DNA from: a virus
DNA length: 64,000 nucleotides
Direction: 5' to 3' (one strand)
Virus record (IMG/VR): IMGVR_UViG_3300036828_000547
Coordinates: 14,661 to 78,660 of that record
Part shown: piece by piece, positions 1 to 10,451 of the stretch
Position numbering within the stretch: the stretch's first letter is position 1
Layout of the letters: each line of letters starts with the position of its first letter
Position numbers and translations under genes: made by a program
Notes under the pieces: model-generated
Told to the model about the DNA's origin: nothing
The model's input: the letters and a program-made list of their open reading frames with translations, nothing else
Databases searched by the model: none

Positions 1-1
1 T

Positions 2-2638
2 CGTCGCAATACTGTTACTCCTCTTGCTGCTTGGACCGACTTTACCCCAGTCGGTCCATGGGCGGATGGGACTACTGTTGTTCGTAATCTTGATGGTATC
101 GGATTTACGTATTCTGCTTCTTTAAATGCTTTGATTGTTATTCCGAATGAATCTTTTAGTATAAAGGATGCGAATAATTTTATTGTTCAAAATCTACCAG
201 CACCGACTAATGGAGGTGACGCAGCAAACAAGACCTATGTAGATGGTCATGCCGGTGGTGGTGGACTTGCCGATGCACCATCCGACAGTACTCTCTATGG
301 TCGTATGAATGCTACTTGGACACATGCTGTTCCACTAGCTGGTGGAACAATGACAGGGTTACTTACTCTTTCTGCTGATCCTACAGCACCGCTTGGAGCG
401 GTGACTAAACAATATTCTGATCTAAAAGCACCTTTAGCTTCTCCAACTTTCACTGGTGTTCCAGCGGCTCCAACTCCTGCCACTGTTGATAATAGTACAA
501 AGATTTCAACAACTGCTTTTGTAAAGGCTCAAGGTTATCTAGTCACTAATGCAACAATTACTCTTTCTGGTGATATCAGTGGTTCTGGTACTACAGCTAT
601 TTCTGCAATACTCGCAACGGTCAATAGCAATGTAGGAACATATCAAGGAATTACAGTCAATGGCAAGGGGCTCGTCACAGGCGCTGTGAATATGAGCTAT
701 GCGCCATTGGCTTCGCCTACCTTTACAGGTGTCCCAGCCGCTCCTACTCCAGCCACTGCTGACAATAGCACGACTTTAGCAACGACTGCTTTTGTTAAAG
801 CTCAAGGTTATTTAATTACTAACCAAACGATCACATTATCTGGTGATATTTCAGGCACAGGCACAGGCGCAATCACTACAACATTACCGACTGTCAACAG
901 CAATGTAGGAACATTTCAAGGTATCACGGTTAATGGTAAAGGTCTAGTTACTGGTGCAGTGAATATGAGTTATGCACTGGCGTCTTCAGTTCCGTCTCCA
1001 TCAGGCACAACTCCTATTATGGATGGAACTGCTGCTGCTGGTGTCGCAGTCGCTTATTCTAGAGGAGATCACGTACACCCTACAGATACAACGCGAGCAC
1101 CTCTAGCTTCTCCGACATTTACAGGAACTCCAGCCGCTCCAACCCCAGCGACTGCTGATAATAGCACAACAATTCCAACAACTGCTTTTGTAAAGGCTCA
1201 AGGTTATCTTATCGGAAACCAAACTGTCACGTTGTCTGGAGATGTTACCGGTTCTGGCGCGACTGCGATTACGACTGCAATTGCTGCGAATGCTGTCACT
1301 AATGCTAAGATGGCAACGGCTCCTGCTTTTACTTTGAAGGGTAATGCGACTGGAAGTGTTGCCGCTCCTCAAGATTTTACAATTGCTGGTTTGACAGCTA
1401 AGGCGACTCCAGTAGCTGCTGATAGTCTTTTACTATCCGATAGTGCAGCATCTGGTGCTCTAAAACAAATTCTTTGGTCTTCATTGCCGAGTGGTGGAGG
1501 TGGTATTACTGATGCACCTTCTGACAGTACATATTATGGTCGTTTCAATGGAACATGGGCAAATGTTCTCCCACTTACTGGTTCAGCGGTGCGTTATGAT
1601 ATTACACAGTCACTAACAGCGTCGCAATTAGTCCAAGCACGACAGAATATCTACGCTGCACCATTCGATGCACTTGCCTATAATGGAATACAGATTAATG
1701 GCTCGATGGAGGTCAGCCAGCAGTGGGGAACGACCGCTACAACCGGTGGGTATACTATCGATGGATGGGTGGGGGCCGTTAGCGGAACGATGGTCCTATC
1801 GTGCGCGCAAGTGGCAGATGCTCCTTCGGGTTACAGTAATTCGTTCAAGATTTCTGTCACGACTGCGGAGGCGTCGCTGGGGGCGAATGACTATGCGGCT
1901 ATTTTCCAGATCATGGAAGGTTTTCGGACTTCACGCCTTGCTTTCGGGAAAGCGACGGCGCAGCCGATCTCGATTGGGTTCTGGACAAAAATCCACCGCA
2001 CCGGTATGTATTCAGGATCAATCCGTAATTCTCCATCCAACCGTTCCTACCCGTTCTCGTTCACCCAAAATGTTGCTGACACTTGGGAATACAAGACGAT
2101 TACGATCCCCGGTGATGTTACCGGAACGTGGACTGGTAATACGAATGCGGCGAGTTTTATCCTGACTCTTAGCATGGCCTGCGGAACCACATATCAAGCT
2201 ACAGCCGGGGCATGGACAGGAGTGGGCCAGTCTTTCGCAGTTACAGGCACCACCAACGGCGTCGCCGCGACGACCGACACTTTCCAGATCACTGGTGTGG
2301 TTGTTCTCCCAGGCATCGAGCTTCCATTGGCCGCCCGCGCGCCGTTTATCATGCGGCCATTCGATGAAGAATTGCGGATATGTCAGCGTTATTATGAAGT
2401 CAGTGTGAGTGGTGTCTCGCAGTTTCCTGCTGCTGGGACGGGCACGATGATTTATTCTTGGCATGAAACGAAGAGAATTAATCCCACTGCTGCCTTCATA
2501 ACTGGTCCTAGTTACTCAAATGCGAATAGTGCTGTTATCAATTCTGCTAATGTGGATATGTATGTTCTACAATTTACAACCACCGCTATCGGAGGCTATA
2601 TATTTGGAATGGTAGTTTCCGGAGATGCGAGACTCTAG
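2..2638 (+). CDS. Tail fibre / virion fibre protein, 5'-truncated
   Basis: The frame is open from nt 2, upstream of the ORF-track start at 131. It has three APLASPTFTGxPAAPTPAT..STT..TTAFVKAQGY repeats, LSGDISG repeats and DAPSD...YGR motifs typical of phage fibres. The C-terminal domain is of the IxNGxMxxSQ...CQRYY type. Confidence 0.75.
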   Translation, partial: RRNTVTPLAAWTDFTPVGPWADGTTVVRNLDGIGFTYSASLNALIVIPNESFSIKDANNFIVQNLPAPTNGGDAANKTYVDGHAGGGGLADAPSDSTLYGRMNATWTHAVPLAGGTMTGLLTLSADPTAPLGAVTKQYSDLKAPLASPTFTGVPAAPTPATVDNSTKISTTAFVKAQGYLVTNATITLSGDISGSGTTAISAILATVNSNVGTYQGITVNGKGLVTGAVNMSYAPLASPTFTGVPAAPTPATADNSTTLATTAFVKAQGYLITNQTITLSGDISGTGTGAITTTLPTVNSNVGTFQGITVNGKGLVTGAVNMSYALASSVPSPSGTTPIMDGTAAAGVAVAYSRGDHVHPTDTTRAPLASPTFTGTPAAPTPATADNSTTIPTTAFVKAQGYLIGNQTVTLSGDVTGSGATAITTAIAANAVTNAKMATAPAFTLKGNATGSVAAPQDFTIAGLTAKATPVAADSLLLSDSAASGALKQILWSSLPSGGGGITDAPSDSTYYGRFNGTWANVLPLTGSAVRYDITQSLTASQLVQARQNIYAAPFDALAYNGIQINGSMEVSQQWGTTATTGGYTIDGWVGAVSGTMVLSCAQVADAPSGYSNSFKISVTTAEASLGANDYAAIFQIMEGFRTSRLAFGKATAQPISIGFWTKIHRTGMYSGSIRNSPSNRSYPFSFTQNVADTWEYKTITIPGDVTGTWTGNTNAASFILTLSMACGTTYQATAGAWTGVGQSFAVTGTTNGVAATTDTFQITGVVVLPGIELPLAARAPFIMRPFDEELRICQRYYEVSVSGVSQFPAAGTGTMIYSWHETKRINPTAAFITGPSYSNANSAVINSANVDMYVLQFTTTAIGGYIFGMVVSGDARL

Positions 2639-2646
2639 AGAGAACA

Positions 2647-3987
2647 ATGCCTTCTGCATCAGAAACATTAAATTCTAAACCTCCACTCGGTGCAGCACTT
2701 GCAGAAGGTGTTCGTGTACTATCTGCAGATCAAGAATTAGCATTCTCTTTATATCGGCGGTATGTGTTTCCTTTAGATGGTATGAATTATTGGATTAGGA
2801 TTCCATCGAGTTCTGGATCTGTTACTACTCCCGGTATTCAGACAACTCCGGGACTAATTTCACAAACAGATGATGGTGGTGCGGCTATTCAGGTATCACC
2901 GGGTGGAATAGGTGCAGAAGATGTTGTTGGAGGTACGATAACGAATCCATTGTCTGCTACTGATCAAGGGCTTACGACTGCTGAATCCTTATTTGTAGAT
3001 TTTACTGGTCCAGCTTATGATGAAGTAACAGCGACAACCAGTGAATTGAAACCTGGAGCTAGCATAAATATCCCGGCTAATTGTACGACTGGAGCATGGG
3101 TCTGTTCTCCATCAGATAACCATCAATTTTCTGTTGTTTTACAGCAATCAGTAACGTCTGTTACTATGCCTACAGATGTTCAGGTTAAAGGTTCATTTCA
3201 TTATAGCTCACAAATTAATCAGGATGAGGATGCTGTTTTTGATTCTAACAGTGTAGTTTTTACGTCATTATCGGAAATTCAGCCGTTTAACCAAATTGGT
3301 CCTGATTATCTGTATATCTGTCACTATGACGATTTAACGTTTGCATTTGCTTCACGTGGTCGTTTATACGAGCAAGCAGACTTATATCATTATCAAGGTA
3401 GTGCTCTTAGGAGTAGACACGCTACTCAAATTATTGAGGATGCTAGCCAATTTAATCCAACGCTTATCGTTTCTAACTCACTTCCTATCTGGCTTAACAT
3501 GCCGAATTATGTTCCACCTTATCCAGGATTTACTTGTCCTCTTCCTTTGTACCCTTCCTATTTGGTTGATGATAATTTACCACCTCCTTTCGGTGCTATT
3601 CATATAGAAGATACGGAATGTATAGAAATGGGATCTGCTTATGGGCCGCGTCTACAACAATCTCAATTGTCTAGGGAAAAGGTTAAAGTTCATTTGTATG
3701 GCGCAGATAACTTGATGGCGAGTAATTTTGTATCTTTTGTAGAACAATATTCATTAGATTGGATGAAACTTGGTTTGTCAGATTCACCAGCAATTAAGGA
3801 TATCAAGTTAACACATCCAGAGTTTAAGATTTTAGCTCAGCGCAAGCTTGTAGAATTTAATATCAATTACCGGCAAAATGTTGTTCGTGATGAAGCCAGA
3901 CAGTTTATCCTACATGCCAAGGTTCAGTTTTATAGTCCTCATTGGCTAACAGATCCACAAATGGGAGAAGCTTATGCCACAGAATAA
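2647..3987 (+). CDS. Virion structural protein (neck / tail completion-like)
   Basis: 446 aa, just upstream of the sheath gene; contains an inserted ~90-aa module shared with other structural genes. Confidence 0.5.
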   Translation: MPSASETLNSKPPLGAALAEGVRVLSADQELAFSLYRRYVFPLDGMNYWIRIPSSSGSVTTPGIQTTPGLISQTDDGGAAIQVSPGGIGAEDVVGGTITNPLSATDQGLTTAESLFVDFTGPAYDEVTATTSELKPGASINIPANCTTGAWVCSPSDNHQFSVVLQQSVTSVTMPTDVQVKGSFHYSSQINQDEDAVFDSNSVVFTSLSEIQPFNQIGPDYLYICHYDDLTFAFASRGRLYEQADLYHYQGSALRSRHATQIIEDASQFNPTLIVSNSLPIWLNMPNYVPPYPGFTCPLPLYPSYLVDDNLPPPFGAIHIEDTECIEMGSAYGPRLQQSQLSREKVKVHLYGADNLMASNFVSFVEQYSLDWMKLGLSDSPAIKDIKLTHPEFKILAQRKLVEFNINYRQNVVRDEARQFILHAKVQFYSPHWLTDPQMGEAYATE

Positions 3988-4303
3988 TGTTCTACCAGAT
4001 TGGCGTGCCACTTATCCGAATGATGCTCCAGCGCAGAAACCGGGTGGTGTGACCGTTTCGACAACTGCCACTGCTCCTCGTGTTCCAAACAAGTTCACCT
4101 ATAATGCTGGAACTATTCAGATGGTGAGTGCAGAAGGAGTTCTTCAATTTCTAACTCCTGAAGGGGAATCTGTGGTAGAAGAACCACAGGCTGCAACTGA
4201 GACTGTGGAAGAAGAGACTGTGGAAGAACCTGTGGAAGAGGAATCGGTGGAAGAAGAGGAAGAAGCTCCTACTCCCACGAAGGGTAAGCCTCGTCGTCGC
4301 TAA
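3974..4303 (+). CDS. Hypothetical protein with acidic Glu-rich C-terminus
   Basis: 109 aa, overlaps the previous stop, GGGAG RBS. Confidence 0.6.
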   Translation: MPQNNVLPDWRATYPNDAPAQKPGGVTVSTTATAPRVPNKFTYNAGTIQMVSAEGVLQFLTPEGESVVEEPQAATETVEEETVEEPVEEESVEEEEEAPTPTKGKPRRR

Positions 4304-4332
4304 TCAATTCACATTCGTAAAGGGACGTAGCC

Positions 4333-5793
4333 ATGGCAATCCAAACTCAATTTAGTACGGATCCCAATGCGATTGTTACGGTTCACGTTTCAATCATTGA
4401 GGCTCCAACTCCTAACACTTATCAGCGCACAGGTGCGCTGGTTTCATGTGGTGCGACGAATTTACTACCGGCGAATAATACTGCACTTTTGACTCAATTT
4501 GAGGATCTTATACCTCTGCTTAATCCTCCAATTGCCATTACGACAACGACTTGGGCGGCGGGTATCGCAACGTGTGTAGCATCAGCCCCACTTCCTGGAC
4601 CACCAGTAGTCGGTGATACATTCACGTATGTTCTTTCTGGGTTCACTCCTGCTGGCTATAATGGAAGATATGTGTGTACGGCGACAGCACCGAACACGTT
4701 TACATTCCCATTGGCAGTTAGTCCGGGAGCAGTAACGATTGAAGGAACTGCTGTTCAAGCAACTGTCATTGAACTTCAGCAAATGGCCACGACCTATTTT
4801 GGGCAGGGTAATGAAATTGGTGTCTGGGTTCTGGAACTTGGATATCAGTCATCTTTCCCAAATCGTGTAACGGCTCTTCAAAATTGGTTGAACAACAATC
4901 CATTAACAATTTATAATTTCTTATTGCCGCGTGAATGGGGTACGGCAACGAATATCGTTTTGGCTGAAAACTTGCTGAAGCAATATCAAGCTCCAGAAAA
5001 AATGGAATATTTCTGGATAACCGTTCAACAAGCCGCAATGTCAATTCTGGGGTCAACATATAAAGATGTAATCCAACTGATTGAAGCCCCTTCGCTTACT
5101 GACCCGACTCTATCGAACCTGAATGCCACCAATGGTGAATTTACGCTGGCTTCGATGCTCTACAATGCGTTGCAATATCGTGCATCGAATACCAATCGTA
5201 TCTGCCCCATGGCATTCAAGTATCTATATGGAGTCACCCAATATCCACAAAAGGGGAACGGCCCACTTCTTGTAAGCTTTAAGACAGCGAATACGAATTA
5301 TGTCACAACTGGTGCTGAAGGTGGTATTGCCTTTACGATGGTCTATGAGGGCGTAACACTAGATGGTCATGATTTCTTTAACTGGTGGTATACGATTGAT
5401 TGGGTCCAGATTGAAGTTAATCTGAATTTGTCGAATGCTATCATCAACGGTTCCAACAATCCGTTAGCACCACTCTATTATAACCAGGACGGGATCAACT
5501 ACCTTGAAGTGGTGCTGATGGGTACGATGCAGGATGCTCAGACTTTTGGAATGGTGCTAGGAAAGATTGAGATGACCCAATTAGATGGTCCTGATCTCAC
5601 TGCGGCCATCTACAGTGGGCAATTCGCTGCTAAGTGTGATGTAAATGCAGTTCCATTCCTCAATTATACCTTATCAAATCCTGGTGATTATAAGATTGGT
5701 GAATATGATGGACTTTCCACTCTATTCATCCCAGCACGAGGCTTTATTCATATTCTTGTGAATATAGTCGTTAGTGATCTAGTTTCAATCTAA
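4333..5793 (+). CDS. Contractile tail sheath protein (DUF3383-like)
   Basis: 486 aa. The C-terminus (DWVQIEVNLNLSNAIING..NPL.Y.QDGI) and its position before a ~145-aa tube gene fit sheath proteins of small myoviruses. Confidence 0.7.
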   Translation: MAIQTQFSTDPNAIVTVHVSIIEAPTPNTYQRTGALVSCGATNLLPANNTALLTQFEDLIPLLNPPIAITTTTWAAGIATCVASAPLPGPPVVGDTFTYVLSGFTPAGYNGRYVCTATAPNTFTFPLAVSPGAVTIEGTAVQATVIELQQMATTYFGQGNEIGVWVLELGYQSSFPNRVTALQNWLNNNPLTIYNFLLPREWGTATNIVLAENLLKQYQAPEKMEYFWITVQQAAMSILGSTYKDVIQLIEAPSLTDPTLSNLNATNGEFTLASMLYNALQYRASNTNRICPMAFKYLYGVTQYPQKGNGPLLVSFKTANTNYVTTGAEGGIAFTMVYEGVTLDGHDFFNWWYTIDWVQIEVNLNLSNAIINGSNNPLAPLYYNQDGINYLEVVLMGTMQDAQTFGMVLGKIEMTQLDGPDLTAAIYSGQFAAKCDVNAVPFLNYTLSNPGDYKIGEYDGLSTLFIPARGFIHILVNIVVSDLVSI

Positions 5794-5803
5794 GGAGTGA
5801 CCC

Positions 5804-6244
5804 ATGGCCTTTCAGTTCACACCTCCTGGAGTTCTGAATAGGCTCCGGGCATCTGTCACCTATAGTGATCATCCTGAACTTAACGTCACATCCAGCTTTC
5901 TCACAACAGAGGGAATTCGGCTGGCATTGGAAGGAAATGCAACAGACTTACTCCCGGCTATGGTGAGTCTGGTCAGTAGTCCTGCTCCATATCTTGCGGC
6001 ATCAATAACAATGTCGATTGTGCGTAGTTCTGCACTGGCACAACTCTATAAGCTTCAGATTGAAGATACGACTCTTATGGGTCTTGTCACAATATGGCCT
6101 GATACAGATGTGCTGACACCATTTGTACTGAATAATGTAGCACTGGAAAGTGTCCGGGAAATGGCGATGGCGGGAATGGAAGCCGCCATGGTTGTGACGG
6201 CTCGTGGTTACTATAACGTGAACACAACGTTCTTTGGTACGTAA
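5804..6244 (+). CDS. Tail tube protein
   Basis: 146 aa directly after the sheath gene; AAGGAG RBS. Confidence 0.6.
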   Translation: MAFQFTPPGVLNRLRASVTYSDHPELNVTSSFLTTEGIRLALEGNATDLLPAMVSLVSSPAPYLAASITMSIVRSSALAQLYKLQIEDTTLMGLVTIWPDTDVLTPFVLNNVALESVREMAMAGMEAAMVVTARGYYNVNTTFFGT

Positions 6245-6253
6245 AGCAAAATG

Positions 6254-6282
6254 TTGCGGTTCACGATATAGTGTGGTATAAT
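6254..6282 (+). promoter_or_regulatory. Sigma70-type promoter (extended -10)
   Basis: TTGCGG-17 nt-TATAAT with TG upstream of the -10, in front of the Pro-rich gene. Confidence 0.7.
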
Positions 6283-6319
6283 ATTCATCTTACTCATCTA
6301 CAACAAATGGGAGATATAA

Positions 6320-6979
6320 ATGCCGTTCGTAAAAGGCTATCTCGAGATTATTGGTGACGCACCGGGTTATCCGGCACATCCTATCGCTCCTGGTGGTCCG
6401 CCTCCGCAAGTTTGGCCGGGACCTGGATATCCAGCGCATCCGATTGCACCGGGCGGTCCGCCTCCACAGGTTTGGCCGGGACCGGGTCAGCCAACGCATC
6501 CGATCGTTATCCCACCGGATGCAATTGCACCGGGAGTACCGACGCATCCGATCTATATTCCGGTGTATCCAGGTCACCCAATTGTGATTCCACCGGGTAG
6601 CCTCGGAGGTGGCAAGCCTGAACATCCTATCTATCTGCCGCCGCCTGAGGTCTGGCCGGGACCGGGTCTACCGACGCATCCGATTGCTCCTGGTGGTGGA
6701 CCAGCGCATCCGATTGTTATCCCACCGGACTCGGTTGCTCCGGGCGTACCATCTCATCCGATTGTGATTCCACCTCCACCGCTCGGCATCTGGGGTGGCG
6801 CTCCGGTTCCTGTCCCTACGCCGCCAATCTTCCTGCCACCTGATACTCCAGATGAGGAAAGGAAGAAGCTGATTACTTGGCACATTGGTTGGAGTGAACC
6901 CACTGGATGGGTCGTTGTCGGTACACCCAATGTTCCGGCACCGGCACCGTCTGCTGCGAAGCCTGCTGCGAAGACTTAA
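6320..6979 (+). CDS. Proline-rich repeat protein (9 x PxHPI), moron-like
   Basis: 219 aa; GGGAG RBS; tandem 60-nt repeats at about 6361-6480; own promoter and terminator. Confidence 0.75.
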   Translation: MPFVKGYLEIIGDAPGYPAHPIAPGGPPPQVWPGPGYPAHPIAPGGPPPQVWPGPGQPTHPIVIPPDAIAPGVPTHPIYIPVYPGHPIVIPPGSLGGGKPEHPIYLPPPEVWPGPGLPTHPIAPGGGPAHPIVIPPDSVAPGVPSHPIVIPPPPLGIWGGAPVPVPTPPIFLPPDTPDEERKKLITWHIGWSEPTGWVVVGTPNVPAPAPSAAKPAAKT

Positions 6980-6985
6980 GAAATC

Positions 6986-7020
6986 AGGGTCTGCTACCTA
7001 ATGGTAGCAGACCCTTCTTA
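6986..7020 (+). terminator. Intrinsic terminator-like hairpin
   Basis: AGGGTCTGCTACC-TAAT-GGTAGCAGACCCT, a 13-bp perfect stem followed by TCTTA. Confidence 0.65.
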
Positions 7021-7041
7021 CTAGGAAATCGGAGAAAAGTA

Positions 7042-7611
7042 ATGGCGGAAGTAAAGCTAAACAGAAAACTCAATCTGGTAATGGATGTTGAAACTGGTGA
7101 GGGTATTATTCATGTCCATTCAGTGCCGATTAGCAGGGAGGTATTCGAAGATAACTTTCTTGTCATATCGAGAACATTCACGGCGGTTTACACGAATGGC
7201 CTTGGACCAGTGACCGGGCCGCGAGTAGCGGCCCTTCTTCTAAAGCAAGAAGCTGAAGCATTGGGTGTATGGCCACGCACTCAACAATCCTTGATGGCTG
7301 AAATCTATCGGCTAACGAATGTGATTGCTCCTGGTCCTACTGGTTGGGAATCTATGCCGTTTGATGTTGCCAAGAAGCGTGGCATTCTTGATGACGATGC
7401 AGCCGCAGAAGTGGAGAACTGTATCGTATATTTTACATGCGCCTCGTCGATCCACCTAAAAGCGGAGCTAACGGTGGCGACGGAGGGCTTGAGCACACTC
7501 TGGGGCGCGCAAACCATCTCATCGAATGCTATGGAATATACTCGTTCTTTGCCGATCTTGACGCAGGAAGAGACTACTGGCGAGAGTCTGAAAACGGCGA
7601 CGAATCCATAG
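7042..7611 (+). CDS. Tail assembly chaperone-like protein
   Basis: Start reassigned to ATG 7042 (GGAG RBS, MAEVKLNRK); lies between the tube and tape-measure genes. Confidence 0.55.
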   Translation: MAEVKLNRKLNLVMDVETGEGIIHVHSVPISREVFEDNFLVISRTFTAVYTNGLGPVTGPRVAALLLKQEAEALGVWPRTQQSLMAEIYRLTNVIAPGPTGWESMPFDVAKKRGILDDDAAAEVENCIVYFTCASSIHLKAELTVATEGLSTLWGAQTISSNAMEYTRSLPILTQEETTGESLKTATNP

Positions 7612-7742
7612 TTCAATCTTGTTTGTCGTGGTTGGTGGACGAAGGATTCAAAGCATTCTTCGATCAATTTGAAATGTCGTGGCCGCATAACTCCCGGTTA
7701 GAGTGGCAGCAGCGATATATGATTGCTATGTGGAAAGCTTGA

Positions 7743-10451
7743 ATGGCTACAATTCCTATAACAGTCCCGCAAGACTTCTTCAAGAACATGAACCAATTCA
7801 TGGCGAATGTTCAGAAGATGCAGCAACTTACGGATAAATTTCTTCGACAGGCGCAACAGTTGTCATCGGCGCAAAGTCTTATTCTATCACATAAGGCTAT
7901 GACCAGTCGAATGAGTCAATTACTTCAAGTGTTGCGAAAAATTTCCGCATCACTTCAGAGAACCCTTGATATGATCGTGAATGCACTAGGACCAACAGCT
8001 AGGATATTCATGCGAAGTTTGGCTTTAGCTGGAGAGGTTCTTGGCCCTATTATAGCTATTTCTATTGGGATAGGAGGTATGGCTATTTCTGCCGCAATGT
8101 TTGGAATGAAGTGGTTCTGGGATAAGATGGTTTCTCTTGGTGATTCTATGCTCCAAGATTTTCTGCTTGCTTCTGGATCTCTTTCTTCGATTGGTGGATT
8201 ACGAGCATTCCGTGCTGCTTTTGGTGGATTGCCAGGAGATCTTGGTTTGCCGGGAATGGTACAAGCACGTGGATATCAAGCTTCTCCGCAATTTGCTGCT
8301 TTGAAATTATTGGGGATCAAAGCTCAAGCAGATACTATAGACATGATGTTACAGACAACTCTGGCGGCAGCGGCGTTTATGAAACGTCAGCCAAAAGGGC
8401 TTACACTAGGAATGGCTGAAGCAACTGGTTTAACTTCAATCTTTAGTCCAGAACGTTTAATGGCATTAAGAGAAATGGATGAGAAAGAACTACAAGCCTA
8501 TAAAGAAGTATATGAACGATATAAACCGTTGATGCAAATAACTGATAAGGTACGCAAAAGCTGGATGAATTTTTCGTTTCAAATAAAGGCGGCAGGAGCA
8601 CAGATCGTAGCAATAATTGTAGAAAAGTTGGCTGATCCTAATGCTCCATTTACTCAAGCTGTAACTCATTTAAGTGAGAGTATCGTGAAGTTTTTTAGAG
8701 TTTTTATGGAGACCCCGCTCACAAAAAAGTTAATAGAAAGACTTGGATACTATATTGATGAATTTGCAAAATGGATGAAAAAGCCAGAAACTACTCAAAC
8801 AATAGAAAAATTGATAGAAGATATAGGTGATATAGTAAAGTCTACAATAGAGGCGATAAGTTATCTCAAACAGATAGTAGAGATGTTTCGTGGGGTTACA
8901 CCAGAACATCTTCATGGTAGAAGAGCTCTTGCACAACAATTAGGAATGGAACATCCTGGAAGAGCTCGTGCTGAGTTTGTTGCTAGACATCCAGGTATGG
9001 CTAGATTTACACATAGGATTGGAATAGAACGACCTGCTGGTGCTCCTCCTGCTGCTGTTCCCAGTGCAGCGCCCATTTCGCGATATCCTGGTAGAGAAAG
9101 ATTTCATGAGAAGATTGGAATAGCCCGTCCTCCAACGGCTCCTAGGATTTCTCCTAGAACTGGGAAAAGTGAAATTAGCAGTGGTCGACGTGGATACAGG
9201 GGTGACTATGGCGACATTAAACCTTCAACTGGAACATTAAGAGAAGGACAGGTTAATTCATCTGATTTATATAATTCGTACAAGGAGAAATTTAAAAATT
9301 CTTCTCTCAATGGTTATGTTCCAAAAGATGGTGCCCGGTGGGGTATCACAAAAGGTACACCAGAAGAATGGGCTCGGTTGGCTACAGCAACTTCGAAACA
9401 AGAATCTGGCTTAAACTCTAATGCCGGAGGTGGTGGTCTTAATCAATTTCAATCAAATGATCTTCGTAATTATGGTGTAAGTGGAAGTGTGAATGACCCC
9501 AATGTACAGGTTGATGCACTGGTAAATCAATGGTCTAAACATATTCGTCAAGATGGTGTAGTTTCACAACCGGCACCTGGGAATGATGGACGAGGAAATA
9601 ATTGGCTTGGTGCTGGTCGTTACTTCGGGTCAATGCGTGATCAAGGATGGCATGGGAAAAAACAAGCTGATGTTGATAAACATCTAGGTGAGAATGGATG
9701 GGCTGACAAAGCTCAGAGACAGGCAGAAGGAAAAGCACCACCTCCTAGAGTTCCAGTTGGTGGTGATGCTGGTGGGGTTTCAAGAACTTATGAACGACGT
9801 AAAGGTGAGCCGGGTGAATTTAACTATGCCGCGACTGGTGCTCTCGGTGCTCCGGGTCAAAATTTAACGACAGTTACATTTAAGGATGGACAGACAGCAA
9901 CAGTCAATAAAAATGTAGCAGAACGATATACTGGATTTGTAAATGAAATGATAGATAAAGGATACCCGGTTGATTTAAAGGGTGGTGGTGGATACGCAGA
10001 TCGTGGAAAGCGCGGTGGTGGTGGTCTTTCGATGCATTCATATGGTGCAGCATTAGATATCAATGTGTCGAAGAATGCATATAAAGGCAGCACAACTGAT
10101 CTACCAAGTGATGTTGAAGAAACTGCTTGGAAACATGGATTATCTTGGGGTGGTCGTTTTGGTGACCCTATGCATTTTGAGCCTATGAGTCCTGAAGCTT
10201 GGGAGCATAAACGTAAGATATTAGAAGGACAGGGAAAAGACCAAACAACAGCGACAACTACACCTTCACCATCAGTTCAAACGCAATGGCCAGATCCAAA
10301 AATAACAAGATTGCCAGAGCGTACAAATCCTGTTGATCACGTGAAGATTGATAATCGCTCTGATCATGATATCAGTGAGACTAAGACGCATTCTGACAAT
10401 GATTCAGGTAAAACAGAAAATGCGGATCAGTTAGAACCAGCAGATCAATGA
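7743..10451 (+). CDS. Tape-measure-like protein with muralytic domains
   Basis: Helical N-terminus with a hydrophobic segment; a lysozyme/SLT-like segment (QESGLN...GLNQF); a C-terminal M15 peptidase motif (SMHSYGAALDIN...WGG.F.DPMHFE). Confidence 0.7.
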   Translation: MATIPITVPQDFFKNMNQFMANVQKMQQLTDKFLRQAQQLSSAQSLILSHKAMTSRMSQLLQVLRKISASLQRTLDMIVNALGPTARIFMRSLALAGEVLGPIIAISIGIGGMAISAAMFGMKWFWDKMVSLGDSMLQDFLLASGSLSSIGGLRAFRAAFGGLPGDLGLPGMVQARGYQASPQFAALKLLGIKAQADTIDMMLQTTLAAAAFMKRQPKGLTLGMAEATGLTSIFSPERLMALREMDEKELQAYKEVYERYKPLMQITDKVRKSWMNFSFQIKAAGAQIVAIIVEKLADPNAPFTQAVTHLSESIVKFFRVFMETPLTKKLIERLGYYIDEFAKWMKKPETTQTIEKLIEDIGDIVKSTIEAISYLKQIVEMFRGVTPEHLHGRRALAQQLGMEHPGRARAEFVARHPGMARFTHRIGIERPAGAPPAAVPSAAPISRYPGRERFHEKIGIARPPTAPRISPRTGKSEISSGRRGYRGDYGDIKPSTGTLREGQVNSSDLYNSYKEKFKNSSLNGYVPKDGARWGITKGTPEEWARLATATSKQESGLNSNAGGGGLNQFQSNDLRNYGVSGSVNDPNVQVDALVNQWSKHIRQDGVVSQPAPGNDGRGNNWLGAGRYFGSMRDQGWHGKKQADVDKHLGENGWADKAQRQAEGKAPPPRVPVGGDAGGVSRTYERRKGEPGEFNYAATGALGAPGQNLTTVTFKDGQTATVNKNVAERYTGFVNEMIDKGYPVDLKGGGGYADRGKRGGGGLSMHSYGAALDINVSKNAYKGSTTDLPSDVEETAWKHGLSWGGRFGDPMHFEPMSPEAWEHKRKILEGQGKDQTTATTTPSPSVQTQWPDPKITRLPERTNPVDHVKIDNRSDHDISETKTHSDNDSGKTENADQLEPADQ

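Noticed and set aside
6907-7041. N-terminal extension of the chaperone ORF from 6907
   Set aside because: It overlaps the Pro-rich gene and its terminator; ATG 7042 has a proper RBS.
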